29,521 nucleotides of DNA from Candidatus Iainarchaeum sp. (GCA_021162685.1 JAGGYF010000007.1:1-29521); one strand, 5' to 3'. Positions 16,731 through 26,390 are shown, numbered from the stretch's first letter. The notes: generated from the letters alone by a model not told the origin. Numbers and translations: made by a program.

Positions 16731-17458
16731 AAAAGGGGTTCATTGAGAAGTGGGAAAAAGATGAGGAATTTAGGTACAAAACAACGAGGTTTATCGCTAT
16801 TGTCATTATTGTTGGAGTTATTTTAGGTATAATTGCCTCTATGGAACCGGATATCCCTCCTCTACAACGTGCTATTGCAAAACAGACCGCACTTGTTTTG
16901 GATATACTTGGCATTCCAGCAGAGTCTTATGATTATTGGGTCGAAGTACACACGCCTACCCTAACAAAAGAGGAAAGGAAGGAGGTTGAGATCTCGCTTG
17001 CAAAACTGATGCTTGAAGTAAACGAAACGGAAACAAAGTTAATAGGGTATAACAACTTCCTTGGAAAAGCAGAGGAGGACGCTCTCCCTGTTTACATCAG
17101 AAGTTTGCAGAGTAAAGGAATATCAGCAACATTCTACCCTGCAACAATCGTAACGCCCGCAGTAACAGTAAACATAATCCCAGGATGTAGTGCGTGGCTT
17201 GGAATTGCAATAATAACTGCCCTGATATTAGCATACCCTGGTGCAACAAAGAAGGAGAAATTAAATGGGTTAGTAATCTCCTGGGCATGCTTGTACATAA
17301 TAAATATAGTACGTTTAGTATCTACAATCGCAATGACAAATTGGATTGGGAAGTGGGTGTGGCCAATTCTTGAGCCGTTGCTATGGAGATGGGGGATGAT
17401 AGTTGTAGCCTTACTTCTATGGGCTTTCTGGCTTAGATACACGAAAAAAAGGAAATAA
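16727..17458 (+). CDS. Exosortase/archaeosortase-family membrane transpeptidase
   Basis: VNIIPGCSAW (catalytic Cys), ILAYP and INIVRLV (catalytic Arg); multi-TM; ATGA overlap with hmgA. Confidence 0.75.
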   Translation: MKKGFIEKWEKDEEFRYKTTRFIAIVIIVGVILGIIASMEPDIPPLQRAIAKQTALVLDILGIPAESYDYWVEVHTPTLTKEERKEVEISLAKLMLEVNETETKLIGYNNFLGKAEEDALPVYIRSLQSKGISATFYPATIVTPAVTVNIIPGCSAWLGIAIITALILAYPGATKKEKLNGLVISWACLYIINIVRLVSTIAMTNWIGKWVWPILEPLLWRWGMIVVALLLWAFWLRYTKKRK

Positions 17459-17493
17459 TTTATATGTGAAGGGAGTTATTAGGTTTGATTGGG

Positions 17494-18690
17494 ATGGATA
17501 AAAAGGAGATTAGGTCAAAATTGGAGATGCTAAAGAGCGACCAAGAAGAACTTAGGAGACAGCTTAACGAGCTTGACACATATCTAACAAAAAAGAGAGC
17601 AAGATTACCTCCCAGAAGAGAAGAGAGACCCAGGTATGAACCACGATATAGAGAGCCCTATCCATACACACGATATGAAGAAAGGGAAACAGATGAATTG
17701 CTTAGACAGAACATAGAGCAGAGTAGAAAACTTATGGATAAATTTGACTACCTTTTAGATACACTCATCTCAAGCATGGAAGAAGTTGAAAGTGAAAATA
17801 TTGATGAACTCATAAGGACATTAGCAAAAACGCAGGTTCATATGATAGACGTTCTCGGCTCAATACGAAGCGCAGTTGAAGAATCAAAAACAACAGAAGC
17901 AAAAAAAGAGGAACTTGAGAGACTGAAAGAAGAACAGGCAGCCCAGTATGCTGAACTTAGTAAAAAGATAAACGCTCTTATGGAGAAAATTGAAACTCCA
18001 AGTTATCTTGGAGAGCTTGATGCAATACGCGTAAGCATAAGTAGTCTTGATTCTGAACTCAAAAAATTAAAAAATAAAATAGGAGAAGGCACACCAAGTG
18101 GAGGAGGGGTTTCACCAGATGAAATAGAATCATTGAAGAATAGATTGGCTGCCCTGGAGGAGCGACTTTCTGCACTTGTAAGCACAATGGATAAGATAGG
18201 CACGCATATGAACATGATAAGCGCAACAACTGCACAAATCGCGAATATGAAGAAGGAACTTGAACGATTAAGTTCTACTGTGAGTATTCAGGGAGAACAG
18301 CTTCTTGCTGAAACAGACAAGAGAACACAACAGATAGAATCTGAGATTGCTGCACTATCCGCATCAGTAAAGGCACTTTCTGACCTAGAAGCAAAACTTA
18401 ATGAAGCAAACAAGAGATTTGAACGACTGGATAAGCTCCTATCAAAGATGCCACAAACATCCAATACGTCCGAAATTGCAGATATAAAAAGGGTAGTATC
18501 AGAAATAAAAGAGCAACTATCAAAAACTCATTCTGCTGAAGCCATAGAATCTCTAAAGAGAAGGATAGATGAAATGAACAAATCCCTCAATGAGATAAAG
18601 AAAAAGGTAGATAGCAGTAAAATCAACGAATTGGAGAAAACACTTGTTAGGCTGGAAAAGGAAATCTCGGAACTAAAAAAAAAGCAATAG
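17494..18690 (+). CDS. Long coiled-coil protein, N-terminal part (0 frame)
   Basis: E/K/L-rich heptads; ends one codon after an A9 run. Confidence 0.85.
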   Translation: MDKKEIRSKLEMLKSDQEELRRQLNELDTYLTKKRARLPPRREERPRYEPRYREPYPYTRYEERETDELLRQNIEQSRKLMDKFDYLLDTLISSMEEVESENIDELIRTLAKTQVHMIDVLGSIRSAVEESKTTEAKKEELERLKEEQAAQYAELSKKINALMEKIETPSYLGELDAIRVSISSLDSELKKLKNKIGEGTPSGGGVSPDEIESLKNRLAALEERLSALVSTMDKIGTHMNMISATTAQIANMKKELERLSSTVSIQGEQLLAETDKRTQQIESEIAALSASVKALSDLEAKLNEANKRFERLDKLLSKMPQTSNTSEIADIKRVVSEIKEQLSKTHSAEAIESLKRRIDEMNKSLNEIKKKVDSSKINELEKTLVRLEKEISELKKKQ

Positions 18691-21122
18691 ATGAGAAAGA
18701 GATTGAGGACACTCTTCTTGTTTTTGACAAACAACTTGAAGAACTAACTAACACTTATGTTAGTAAAGAGCAAATCGAACAACTGAGGGCGCAATTTAAC
18801 GAGATAATGAGAGAATACCCAAAAGAAAGTGAGAGGATACAGAGACGATTTGATGAATTATACACAAAAATGAAAAAGGATGAGGAAGAGTACAAAAAAC
18901 TGAAAGATGAACTAGAAAGGACTGAAGAAAAACTCGGCTTTGTTCTCAGTGTAGATGAGAGGATACGTAGAATAGAAAAGAGTATTGCTGACATGGAAGA
19001 AAAGATAAGGAAAGCGGAAAAAGTAAGAAGGGAACAGTTGCTGAGAAGGTTGGATGAACTTCAAAGAACGCTTAACAGGAAACAGATGGAGCATGATACA
19101 ACATATAATGGAAAGATTCGCAAACTTTCTGGTGATATCTCCAAAATTTCTGCGAATATTGAATCGTTTAGGAAGGAGCTAGAATCCTTAAAGCTTGATG
19201 AGTCTATACTAAGGAGTAAGTCTAAAAGCATAGAGAGGATAAAGCAAAAGATTGAAGGCATTGACAAGCATCTTGAAGAAATTGATAAAAAATCAAGAGA
19301 AGTAGCACTACAAACACATTCGCTAAATAGTGAATTAGTAAGCAACAAAAAGGGTTATGCGACCCTCATGCAAAAGATTGAACACATAGAAAAGGCTATT
19401 GAGAAGGTATCGCGCTCAGATGCTAGCGATAAAGACGCAATTGCTCTGCTAAAAAGTGAGATTGAATCCTTGCACAACAAGATTGAAGAACTTGAAAAAA
19501 CTGAAAAGATAGCTGAGGTTGAAGAAGAGATCAAGCGTATGGAAAAGAAAACAAAAAGGGAAATACTGGAAAGTTTATCAAGGCAGAGAGAAGAGATGGA
19601 AAAAGCAATTGAAGAACTTGAAGCAGGGGATAAAACAGCAATACAAGAACTAAAAAGCCATATTGAAAAAATGGAAGAAAGAATAGCACATGATAGAAAA
19701 TCATTCAAGGGTATAAACAATACACTGCTTGTCCTAGATAGGATGCTCACATCCATAGAGAAAAAAGAGGCATTGGACAAAGAGGATATAGAAAGGATAA
19801 AAAAACAACTCGGACTTTTCAAGAATATGATAGAAACACAGCGCAGAATGGAAGGTAAGATCGCATCGCTTAAAAGCCTGATTGAGCAATTAAACAATAG
19901 GATGAGTGAGATAGAGAGCATTATGAAACATGTGGATTCTGCAAGCTACCTTCTGCCCTCCATAAAACTCCTTAGAATGGAATTATTCAGGACAGAACAT
20001 GCGTTGAAAAACAGCACAGATGAATTCCGCGAATATTCTGAAAGGTTTGCAGAATTAAAAAGAAGGGTAGATGAACTAGCGCGCAACATTGAGGAGAAGG
20101 ACATAAAGAAGGTGTTCAAAGAATTAGAAGAGATACAACACGAGATTAAATCACTCTCAGAAGAGTTATTAGAAATTGAAAAGGATTCGGCAGGCATGGC
20201 AAAAGTTGAAGATGAGATAAAAGGGATAAACAAAAAGATTGACGAACTGTACAAAAGATTGGAAAAAGGAGAAACTGAAAAAGAGAACGCGTTGTCAGAA
20301 ATAAATGCATTATACAACAGACTCTATGATGTCTCACTTCTGCTTGAGAGGGAAAATGAGAAACTGAAAAGGTTCAGAAGAAGTATAGAACATGTTGAAC
20401 AGATGTTGAAAGAGATTGAACCAATTGTGGTATCAGAAGAAGTCAAAAGAGAGATAAATGAGGCACTACAAGAGGAGAGCATTGGAGGGATTGCTGAGCG
20501 TGTAAGCAGAGTAAAGAAAAACATTGAGCCAATAAGCCCACATGTTGAAATCGCAGAAAAGGCAGTTAGACTTATGAAAGCAAAGGAGATACCAGAGAAG
20601 GAGATAAGAAACGAAGTAGAAAAGGAGAGGAAGATAACAACGGAAGAACTTGAAGAAACATTTAACCAACTCAAAAGAACGTTAGATGAGATGGAACGCA
20701 CAAGAAAAAGCATTGAAAGAACAGCAACTGATGTTAAGGAAGGTAAAGAAATAAAACCAAAAGAAAATGTTGAAGACTTACAGGAACAGATTGAATCGCT
20801 AAAAAGACAACTTGAATCACAGGAAGAGATGAGTGAAGAACTTCTGAAAAAGGTTGATGAACAGATAGAGAAGATTGAGGCAGAAACAAAAAGTGCGGTG
20901 CCTATTGAGAGGAATGTCGTGGAAAAGACGATGAAGGAAACGGAAAAAGCTAGGAGGGTAAGTGAAGAAACAAAAAAACGATTGAAAACCATGAAGGAGT
21001 TAGTTAGAGAACATCCTGAAAATGAGGAATTGGTTAGAGCCATAGAAGAAAGGGAAAATAAAGTAGAGATGGCAATGGAGCGTTTAAAAAGCATAGAGAG
21101 GGAATTAAAGGAATTGTCGTAA
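18684..21122 (+). CDS. Long coiled-coil protein, C-terminal part (-1 frame, reached across the A9 run at 18675-18683)
   Basis: The frame of track ORF 18807..21122 is open back to 18651 with coiled-coil sequence (AIDEKEIEDTLLVFDKQLEELT...) but has no ATG/GTG/TTG before 18807. Confidence 0.8.
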   Translation, partial: AIDEKEIEDTLLVFDKQLEELTNTYVSKEQIEQLRAQFNEIMREYPKESERIQRRFDELYTKMKKDEEEYKKLKDELERTEEKLGFVLSVDERIRRIEKSIADMEEKIRKAEKVRREQLLRRLDELQRTLNRKQMEHDTTYNGKIRKLSGDISKISANIESFRKELESLKLDESILRSKSKSIERIKQKIEGIDKHLEEIDKKSREVALQTHSLNSELVSNKKGYATLMQKIEHIEKAIEKVSRSDASDKDAIALLKSEIESLHNKIEELEKTEKIAEVEEEIKRMEKKTKREILESLSRQREEMEKAIEELEAGDKTAIQELKSHIEKMEERIAHDRKSFKGINNTLLVLDRMLTSIEKKEALDKEDIERIKKQLGLFKNMIETQRRMEGKIASLKSLIEQLNNRMSEIESIMKHVDSASYLLPSIKLLRMELFRTEHALKNSTDEFREYSERFAELKRRVDELARNIEEKDIKKVFKELEEIQHEIKSLSEELLEIEKDSAGMAKVEDEIKGINKKIDELYKRLEKGETEKENALSEINALYNRLYDVSLLLERENEKLKRFRRSIEHVEQMLKEIEPIVVSEEVKREINEALQEESIGGIAERVSRVKKNIEPISPHVEIAEKAVRLMKAKEIPEKEIRNEVEKERKITTEELEETFNQLKRTLDEMERTRKSIERTATDVKEGKEIKPKENVEDLQEQIESLKRQLESQEEMSEELLKKVDEQIEKIEAETKSAVPIERNVVEKTMKETEKARRVSEETKKRLKTMKELVREHPENEELVRAIEERENKVEMAMERLKSIERELKELS

Positions 21123-21135
21123 TACAATCGTAACG

Positions 21136-21145
21136 TTTATAAATA
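21136..21145 (+). promoter_or_regulatory. TATA box of pilin 1
   Basis: TTTATAAATA. Similar boxes precede pilin 2 (~21668), pilin 3 (~22158), pilin 4 (~22667) and aglB (~23154); TAACGTTTATA is shared by pilins 1 and 2. Confidence 0.55.
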
Positions 21146-21187
21146 AAATCTTACTAACCTTGTTTAAACACTTAAGGAGGTGAATAG

Positions 21188-21619
21188 ATGAGGAAAGGAA
21201 TTTCTCCGATTGTGGCAGTCGTGTTGCTCATAGCAATCGCAGTTATAGCAGCAGTTGGTCTATACTTCTGGGTTGGAGGTCTTGCAACAAAGCAGCCAAC
21301 ACCAAGTACACCAGCAACAATATCTGCATATGCGGTTAAATGTGGTTCTGGCGCATCAGACATAACAACGATAATGATAGCAAACACAAGTCCGCCAGGA
21401 ACAACTGTTGATATAACAACAATGTATGACAGCCTTGGAAACGACTTTGGGAACAGCAGTAACACAGACGGGTGGATGTGTACAGCCACAAGTTTGGATA
21501 GTGGAGAACAAACGTCATGCCAATTGAATAACTCTGCATCAACATATGACTTCTATCAAGGCGTAGGTACAATCAGCATATACGGTACAAGTATTGCATC
21601 AGCAACTGTAACATGCTAA
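21188..21619 (+). CDS. Archaeal type IV pilin 1 (probable major pilin)
   Basis: Class III signal MRKG|ISPIVAVVLLIAIAVIAA; strong GGAGGTGA SD; own promoter and terminator; 4 Cys; N-glycosylation sequons. Confidence 0.88.
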   Translation: MRKGISPIVAVVLLIAIAVIAAVGLYFWVGGLATKQPTPSTPATISAYAVKCGSGASDITTIMIANTSPPGTTVDITTMYDSLGNDFGNSSNTDGWMCTATSLDSGEQTSCQLNNSASTYDFYQGVGTISIYGTSIASATVTC

Positions 21620-21623
21620 ACCC

Positions 21624-21659
21624 AGAAAGGCCTTTGGCCTTTCTCTATTTTTGTTTTTT
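21624..21659 (+). terminator. Hairpin plus T-tract terminator after pilin 1
   Basis: AGAAAGGCC-ttt-GGCCTTTCT followed by TTTTTGTTTTTT. Confidence 0.7.
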
Positions 21660-21705
21660 GCATAACGTTTATATACTCTAGTTGTGAAAGGGAATATGTG
21701 GTACT

Positions 21706-22155
21706 ATGAAAAAAAGCGTCCTTATTGCTGTATTGCTTGTAGGGGCTGTAGCTGTTATGCTATTCATAGCAATCGCAGTTATAGCAGCAGTTGGTCTATA
21801 CTTCTGGGTTGGAGGTCTTGCAACAAAGCCGCCAACAGTAAGTGCACCAGCAACGATATCTGCACATGCGCTTATATGTGGCTCTAGTGCATCATATAAA
21901 ACTACCATAGCTGTTGCAAATACAAGTCCGCCAGGGACAATAATAGATATAACAATGATGAAAGACTCTCTTGGAAACGATTTTGGAGGCACTAGTAACA
22001 CTGATGGATGGATGTGTGAGAAGACAAGGTTGCATAGTAGAGAACAGACTGTATGTCAATTAGACAATTCTGTATCAAAACATAAGTTTTATAGGGGCAA
22101 GGGTACAATCAGCATATATGGGGAGAACACTGCATCAGCAACAATAACATGCTAA
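21706..22155 (+). CDS. Type IV pilin-like protein 2 with an atypical N-terminus
   Basis: Body closely resembles pilin 1, but it begins MKKSVLIAVLLVGAVAVMLF instead of KG|ISP. Confidence 0.8.
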   Translation: MKKSVLIAVLLVGAVAVMLFIAIAVIAAVGLYFWVGGLATKPPTVSAPATISAHALICGSSASYKTTIAVANTSPPGTIIDITMMKDSLGNDFGGTSNTDGWMCEKTRLHSREQTVCQLDNSVSKHKFYRGKGTISIYGENTASATITC

Positions 22156-22194
22156 AATTTATATAGTCCTGCGATAAAAGGTTAGGGTGATATC

Positions 22195-22659
22195 ATGCAA
22201 AGAGGTATTTCCCCGATTGTTGCCACTGTCCTGCTTATAGCAATTTCTGTGATAGCAGCAGTAGGTATATACTATTGGGTTGGGGGTTACGCAACAAAGC
22301 AGCCAACACCAAGTACGCCCAGAACACTTACAGCATATGTTGTTACATGCGGGGATAGCAGCACGTATGCATCAACAGTTATGATAGCAAACACGAGTCC
22401 GCCAGGAACCAGTAGCATAACTGGGCTATCAACAAACACAACGGGCAGCACAGGCCTATCAACATCAAGTGGAGCATTAATATTTAATTGTGGTGCCTCA
22501 AGCATTGGCGCAGGGGAACAGACTGCATGTAGGGTGGGGTGCAACAGTTCAAGCGGAACAAACTGTGTCTCTGGTGCGAATGGGACATCATTTATACAAG
22601 GCAGTGGAACCATTGAGATATATGGGACAAACGTAGCAGGCGCACTGATAACGTGCTAG
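22195..22659 (+). CDS. Archaeal type IV pilin 3
   Basis: MQRG|ISPIVATVLLIAISVIAA; NTSPPGT; S/T/G-rich; 6 Cys. Confidence 0.87.
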   Translation: MQRGISPIVATVLLIAISVIAAVGIYYWVGGYATKQPTPSTPRTLTAYVVTCGDSSTYASTVMIANTSPPGTSSITGLSTNTTGSTGLSTSSGALIFNCGASSIGAGEQTACRVGCNSSSGTNCVSGANGTSFIQGSGTIEIYGTNVAGALITC

Positions 22660-22705
22660 CAAAACATTTATAAATGGTATATTGCTAACTATTCTTGGTG
22701 AGCGT

Positions 22706-23143
22706 ATGGATAAAGGTGTCTCTCCGATTGTGGCAGTCGTGTTGCTCATAGCAATCGCAGTTATAGCAGCAGTTGGTCTATACTTCTGGGTTGGAGGTCT
22801 TGCAACAAAACAGCCAACAGGCGCTGCACCAAGAACAATTACAGTATATGCTATTGCATGCGGACAACTTGAAGACAGCAATGCTCAAAACTATAATTAT
22901 ACAAGTATCATGATTGTGAATACAAGTCCACCAGGAACGCAAGCAATTGCACCTGCTTATGACCTAGCCATTGCTGGTGTATCCGGAGCAGTATTCAACA
23001 GTAGCTCCTGTGGTTCAACAACAACACTAGACCCGGGGGAACAAGCAGTTTGTAGGATATACGGATACAACAAAGGTGATGGTGCCCTTGTGGTATACGG
23101 AAAAGCAAATAAGAAGATATCGTCCGCAACTATAGAATGCTGA
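22706..23143 (+). CDS. Archaeal type IV pilin 4
   Basis: MDKG|VSPIVAVVLLIAIAVIAA after a GGTGA SD; NTSPPGT; C-terminal Cys. Confidence 0.87.
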   Translation: MDKGVSPIVAVVLLIAIAVIAAVGLYFWVGGLATKQPTGAAPRTITVYAIACGQLEDSNAQNYNYTSIMIVNTSPPGTQAIAPAYDLAIAGVSGAVFNSSSCGSTTTLDPGEQAVCRIYGYNKGDGALVVYGKANKKISSATIEC

Positions 23144-23192
23144 GGCAAACTATTTATAAATAGTGATTTCCAATATAGAAGAAGGTGTTCTA

Positions 23193-25403
23193 ATGGAATT
23201 TATACAGGTCATAAAGAAGTATAAATTAGATGTTATCCTCATGCTTGCCCTTTTTCTCTTTGCTTTTGGCATACGTATTATTCCATCAGAAACTTTTCCA
23301 GGGATATATGCATTTGACCCGTTCTATCATGCAAGGGTGGTTAGAACATTATTATTAACAGGTAGTATCCCTGACAGAGACCCATTGTCATATTGGCCTG
23401 AAAGTGTTCCATACTATTCCACTTATCCTCATTTTTATCATTACTCTTTGGCTGGTGCATATGAACTTGCCTCACTAGTTACACAAGGAAACCTGAACTA
23501 CAATGAATCCCTTTTTGTCCTGGCTACATGTTACTTCACGCCATTTATCGGTGCACTAACAGCAGCAGCAATGTATCTACTGGGCAAAGAAATAAGAGGA
23601 AGAAAGGCTGGCTTGTTTGCTGGATTGCTTCTCTCATTACAACCTACCCACTTGTTTAGAACAATGTACGGATTCGCAGAAGAGGATGCATTTGGTATCT
23701 TTTGGTTGGTCTTCTCTGCGTTCATATATCTATGGGCACTTAGAAAAGGAAAATGGAAACATGGGCTAATTGCAGGATTTGTCTTTGCGCTATATCAGTT
23801 AACATGGAGAATGGCTGTTTTCTCTTCTGCAATTCTCTCTGCATACATCTTCTTACAATCCCTAATCGCAATCTACAACAAGAACTACAAGGAACTTGAA
23901 CGTATGACTGTTGTCTATGCATTTAGTTTTATACCGATTGTGCTACTAGCACTTCCGCTTGACCCTGTTGTCACATTTACCCATATGAGCCTTGCTTTCA
24001 TGTTTCCAACACTCCTTTTTATGGGCTTAGCAACATACTGGTTCAATTATAGGACAAAAGAAGGCAACATTATTCCAAGGATAAACATCACGCAACAGAA
24101 AGCATTTCAAATATTTGTAGGATTGCTTTTGATTATTGCTGTCATAGGCATAGCATGGAAAGGACCTTGGGCGTATAATACAGCACAAGGACTATTATCC
24201 AGTATAGGACAGTCCTCAAAGGTGATGAAAACAGTTGGTGAAGAGCACCCAAAAACATTCCCTGGTGTGATAAATGAGATGAACATACTTGCTCCATTCT
24301 TTTTGCTTGGTTTGATTTATCTTCCAATCCGAAGATTAATTGAGATAAAAAAGTTGGAAAACAAAGACTTGCTGATATTTTTGTATGCTGCTATAACCTT
24401 CTTTTTGTATATAAACAAGGCAAAAATGGGGTATGTATTTGGCCCTCCTGAGATGCTGCTCATTGGAATTGTGCTGGCAGATGGAATAAATCTCGCAAAG
24501 AAGGTTGGTGAAAAAACAACGCATTTTGCATTCTTTATTGCCTTCCTCATCCTGTTTGCTCAGATCCCCATGGGTGTAAACATCATGGAAGGATACAAAG
24601 TGAACTATTCTGTGGATCCTGGCTGGGAGGCTATGTACACCTACCTGAAAACTTTACCATACAATCCGGTACTGATGACTTGGTGGGATTATGGACATTG
24701 GACTGCATGGCATAACATAAGAACAACATTGGACAATACAAACCAAAATCAGACAAAGGTTATACAAACAGCCAAGATATTCACAGAGTTTAGAGGCAAC
24801 ACCTCCCAGGAGATAGAGGAGAGATGGTTGGATAGAGTGAAATCGTGGCAAGTAACCCATGTTGCTATAGACAGAACACTACTCACAAACAAATGGGGTG
24901 CCCTAACATTTTTAGGTGACAACCAGTGCATACCAACAAAAGAGCTCAAAGCATATGGGCTCAGTTTCCCAGAATTACAGGATAGGTATTGTGGGTATGG
25001 CTACACATATGCTGGTGACATAGGAATCGCCCCATGTTACCCAAAAACTATTGTCTCATCTGTTGGCACTGAAAAATATGTTGAATGTAGATTGTTCAGT
25101 AGTGGGCCTATAAGATTTACTGAGGAAGAATGGAAAAGAATAGTTAATACGGCATGGCCAGGTTATGACCTTACAGTAGGCAGTGATAAAGGAACAATAA
25201 CTATGAAAGTGTATGGACAACCCGACTATAAGTTAATGTTTTTCAAGGTTGGAAACAGAATCGTGAGGGATGCGCCTGTAAATTACATGCTGGGTTTACG
25301 GCTTTTCTTTAAGGACCCGAATCTGAAACATTACAAATTGGTAAGAAATCAATATGTACCGAACAAAGAGGTAGTGTTATATAAAGTAGATTATGGTGAG
25401 TGA
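23193..25403 (+). CDS. aglB: Oligosaccharyltransferase AglB (STT3 family)
   Basis: FDPFYHAR, a multi-TM region, GFAEED, TVGEE (TIXE-like) and the WWDYG motif. Confidence 0.93.
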   Translation: MEFIQVIKKYKLDVILMLALFLFAFGIRIIPSETFPGIYAFDPFYHARVVRTLLLTGSIPDRDPLSYWPESVPYYSTYPHFYHYSLAGAYELASLVTQGNLNYNESLFVLATCYFTPFIGALTAAAMYLLGKEIRGRKAGLFAGLLLSLQPTHLFRTMYGFAEEDAFGIFWLVFSAFIYLWALRKGKWKHGLIAGFVFALYQLTWRMAVFSSAILSAYIFLQSLIAIYNKNYKELERMTVVYAFSFIPIVLLALPLDPVVTFTHMSLAFMFPTLLFMGLATYWFNYRTKEGNIIPRINITQQKAFQIFVGLLLIIAVIGIAWKGPWAYNTAQGLLSSIGQSSKVMKTVGEEHPKTFPGVINEMNILAPFFLLGLIYLPIRRLIEIKKLENKDLLIFLYAAITFFLYINKAKMGYVFGPPEMLLIGIVLADGINLAKKVGEKTTHFAFFIAFLILFAQIPMGVNIMEGYKVNYSVDPGWEAMYTYLKTLPYNPVLMTWWDYGHWTAWHNIRTTLDNTNQNQTKVIQTAKIFTEFRGNTSQEIEERWLDRVKSWQVTHVAIDRTLLTNKWGALTFLGDNQCIPTKELKAYGLSFPELQDRYCGYGYTYAGDIGIAPCYPKTIVSSVGTEKYVECRLFSSGPIRFTEEEWKRIVNTAWPGYDLTVGSDKGTITMKVYGQPDYKLMFFKVGNRIVRDAPVNYMLGLRLFFKDPNLKHYKLVRNQYVPNKEVVLYKVDYGE

Positions 25404-26390
25404 ATGATAGAGTATGCCTTAATAGCTGGTTTCATTGTTGCATTTATAACAACAATAGTGGCTACTCCAAAGATAATAAAACACGCCAGGGAAAGAAATT
25501 TCACAAGCAGGGATGTACATAAATACAAAAGGACATTTGCTGCTGAACTTGGAGGCATAGCCATTGCATTGGGTTTTGTTTTGGGGGTTTCAGCGTTCAT
25601 CGCAGCATTTAACATGCTGGGTATGAAAGCAGAATTCATAACAACACTTGCTGCAACAGCATCAGTGTTAATCGTTTTTATTGTAGGCATCATAGATGAC
25701 CTGTTCTGGATAAGATGGAGGAGCAAGATATTATTGCCAATGATCGCAGCAATACCTTTAATGGCAATAAAGGCAGGAAATACAGTCATGACATTGCCAG
25801 TCATAGGAACTGTAGACTTTGGTCTGTTCTATATTTTTGTGCTTATCCCCATTGCAATAACTGGTGCTGCAAACGCAATGAATATGGTGTCTGGATACAA
25901 TGGTTCTGAAGCAGGATTAGGTATCTTGATTATAGGTACACTGCTCATCATTGCAATACACTCCGGTGCTCTTCCCGCAGCAGCATTGCTAGTCTCTATG
26001 CTTGGTGCGCTATTCGCGTTCTTGAAATATAATTGGTATCCCGCAAAGATATTCATGGGTGATGCTGGCACGTTACAGATCGGCGCTGTGATAGCCAGTG
26101 CTGTGATAATAGGAAACATGGAAAAATTTGGAATATTACTACTTTTCTGGTATTTTGTCAATTTAATCCAATTTGCGTGGGGTGTCCTTATAAAAGCAAA
26201 ACACGTAAAGTTCGCGTCCCCTACAAAAGACGGGACATTAAAAGAACCAAAGACATTTTGGAAACATTACTTGCCATTCACCATTATCCATTATGTCCAT
26301 CCAACTGAAAAGGGTATTGTTTATATTTTATTAGGTATGCAATTGCTTGTTTGTATTGCAACCCTGTTGCTTTACTTTGGAGGGTTCTGA
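25404..26390 (+). CDS. MraY/GPT-family UDP-GlcNAc:dolichyl-phosphate GlcNAc-1-phosphotransferase (AglH-like)
   Basis: DVHK, ELGGIAI, GIIDD, NAMNMVSGYNG.E and YNWYPAKIFMGDAG motifs. Confidence 0.88.
   Translation: MIEYALIAGFIVAFITTIVATPKIIKHARERNFTSRDVHKYKRTFAAELGGIAIALGFVLGVSAFIAAFNMLGMKAEFITTLAATASVLIVFIVGIIDDLFWIRWRSKILLPMIAAIPLMAIKAGNTVMTLPVIGTVDFGLFYIFVLIPIAITGAANAMNMVSGYNGSEAGLGILIIGTLLIIAIHSGALPAAALLVSMLGALFAFLKYNWYPAKIFMGDAGTLQIGAVIASAVIIGNMEKFGILLLFWYFVNLIQFAWGVLIKAKHVKFASPTKDGTLKEPKTFWKHYLPFTIIHYVHPTEKGIVYILLGMQLLVCIATLLLYFGGF

Noticed and set aside
17494-21122. SMC/Rad50 or chemoreceptor
   Set aside because: No Walker A/B, signature motif, CxxC hook, TM helices or MCP hairpin motif; only generic coiled coil.
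18755-21127. Minus-strand Ser/Phe/Leu-rich ORFs (also the + strand ORFs at 523-1530 and 8498-8947)
   Set aside because: These are antisense shadows of Glu/Lys-rich genes on the opposite strand.
21188-23143. Archaellins, or targets of a diversity-generating retroelement
   Set aside because: The N-termini are ISPIVA pilin type rather than GIGTLIVFIA, and no arl genes are adjacent. Differences between copies are not adenine-specific and no reverse transcriptase is present.
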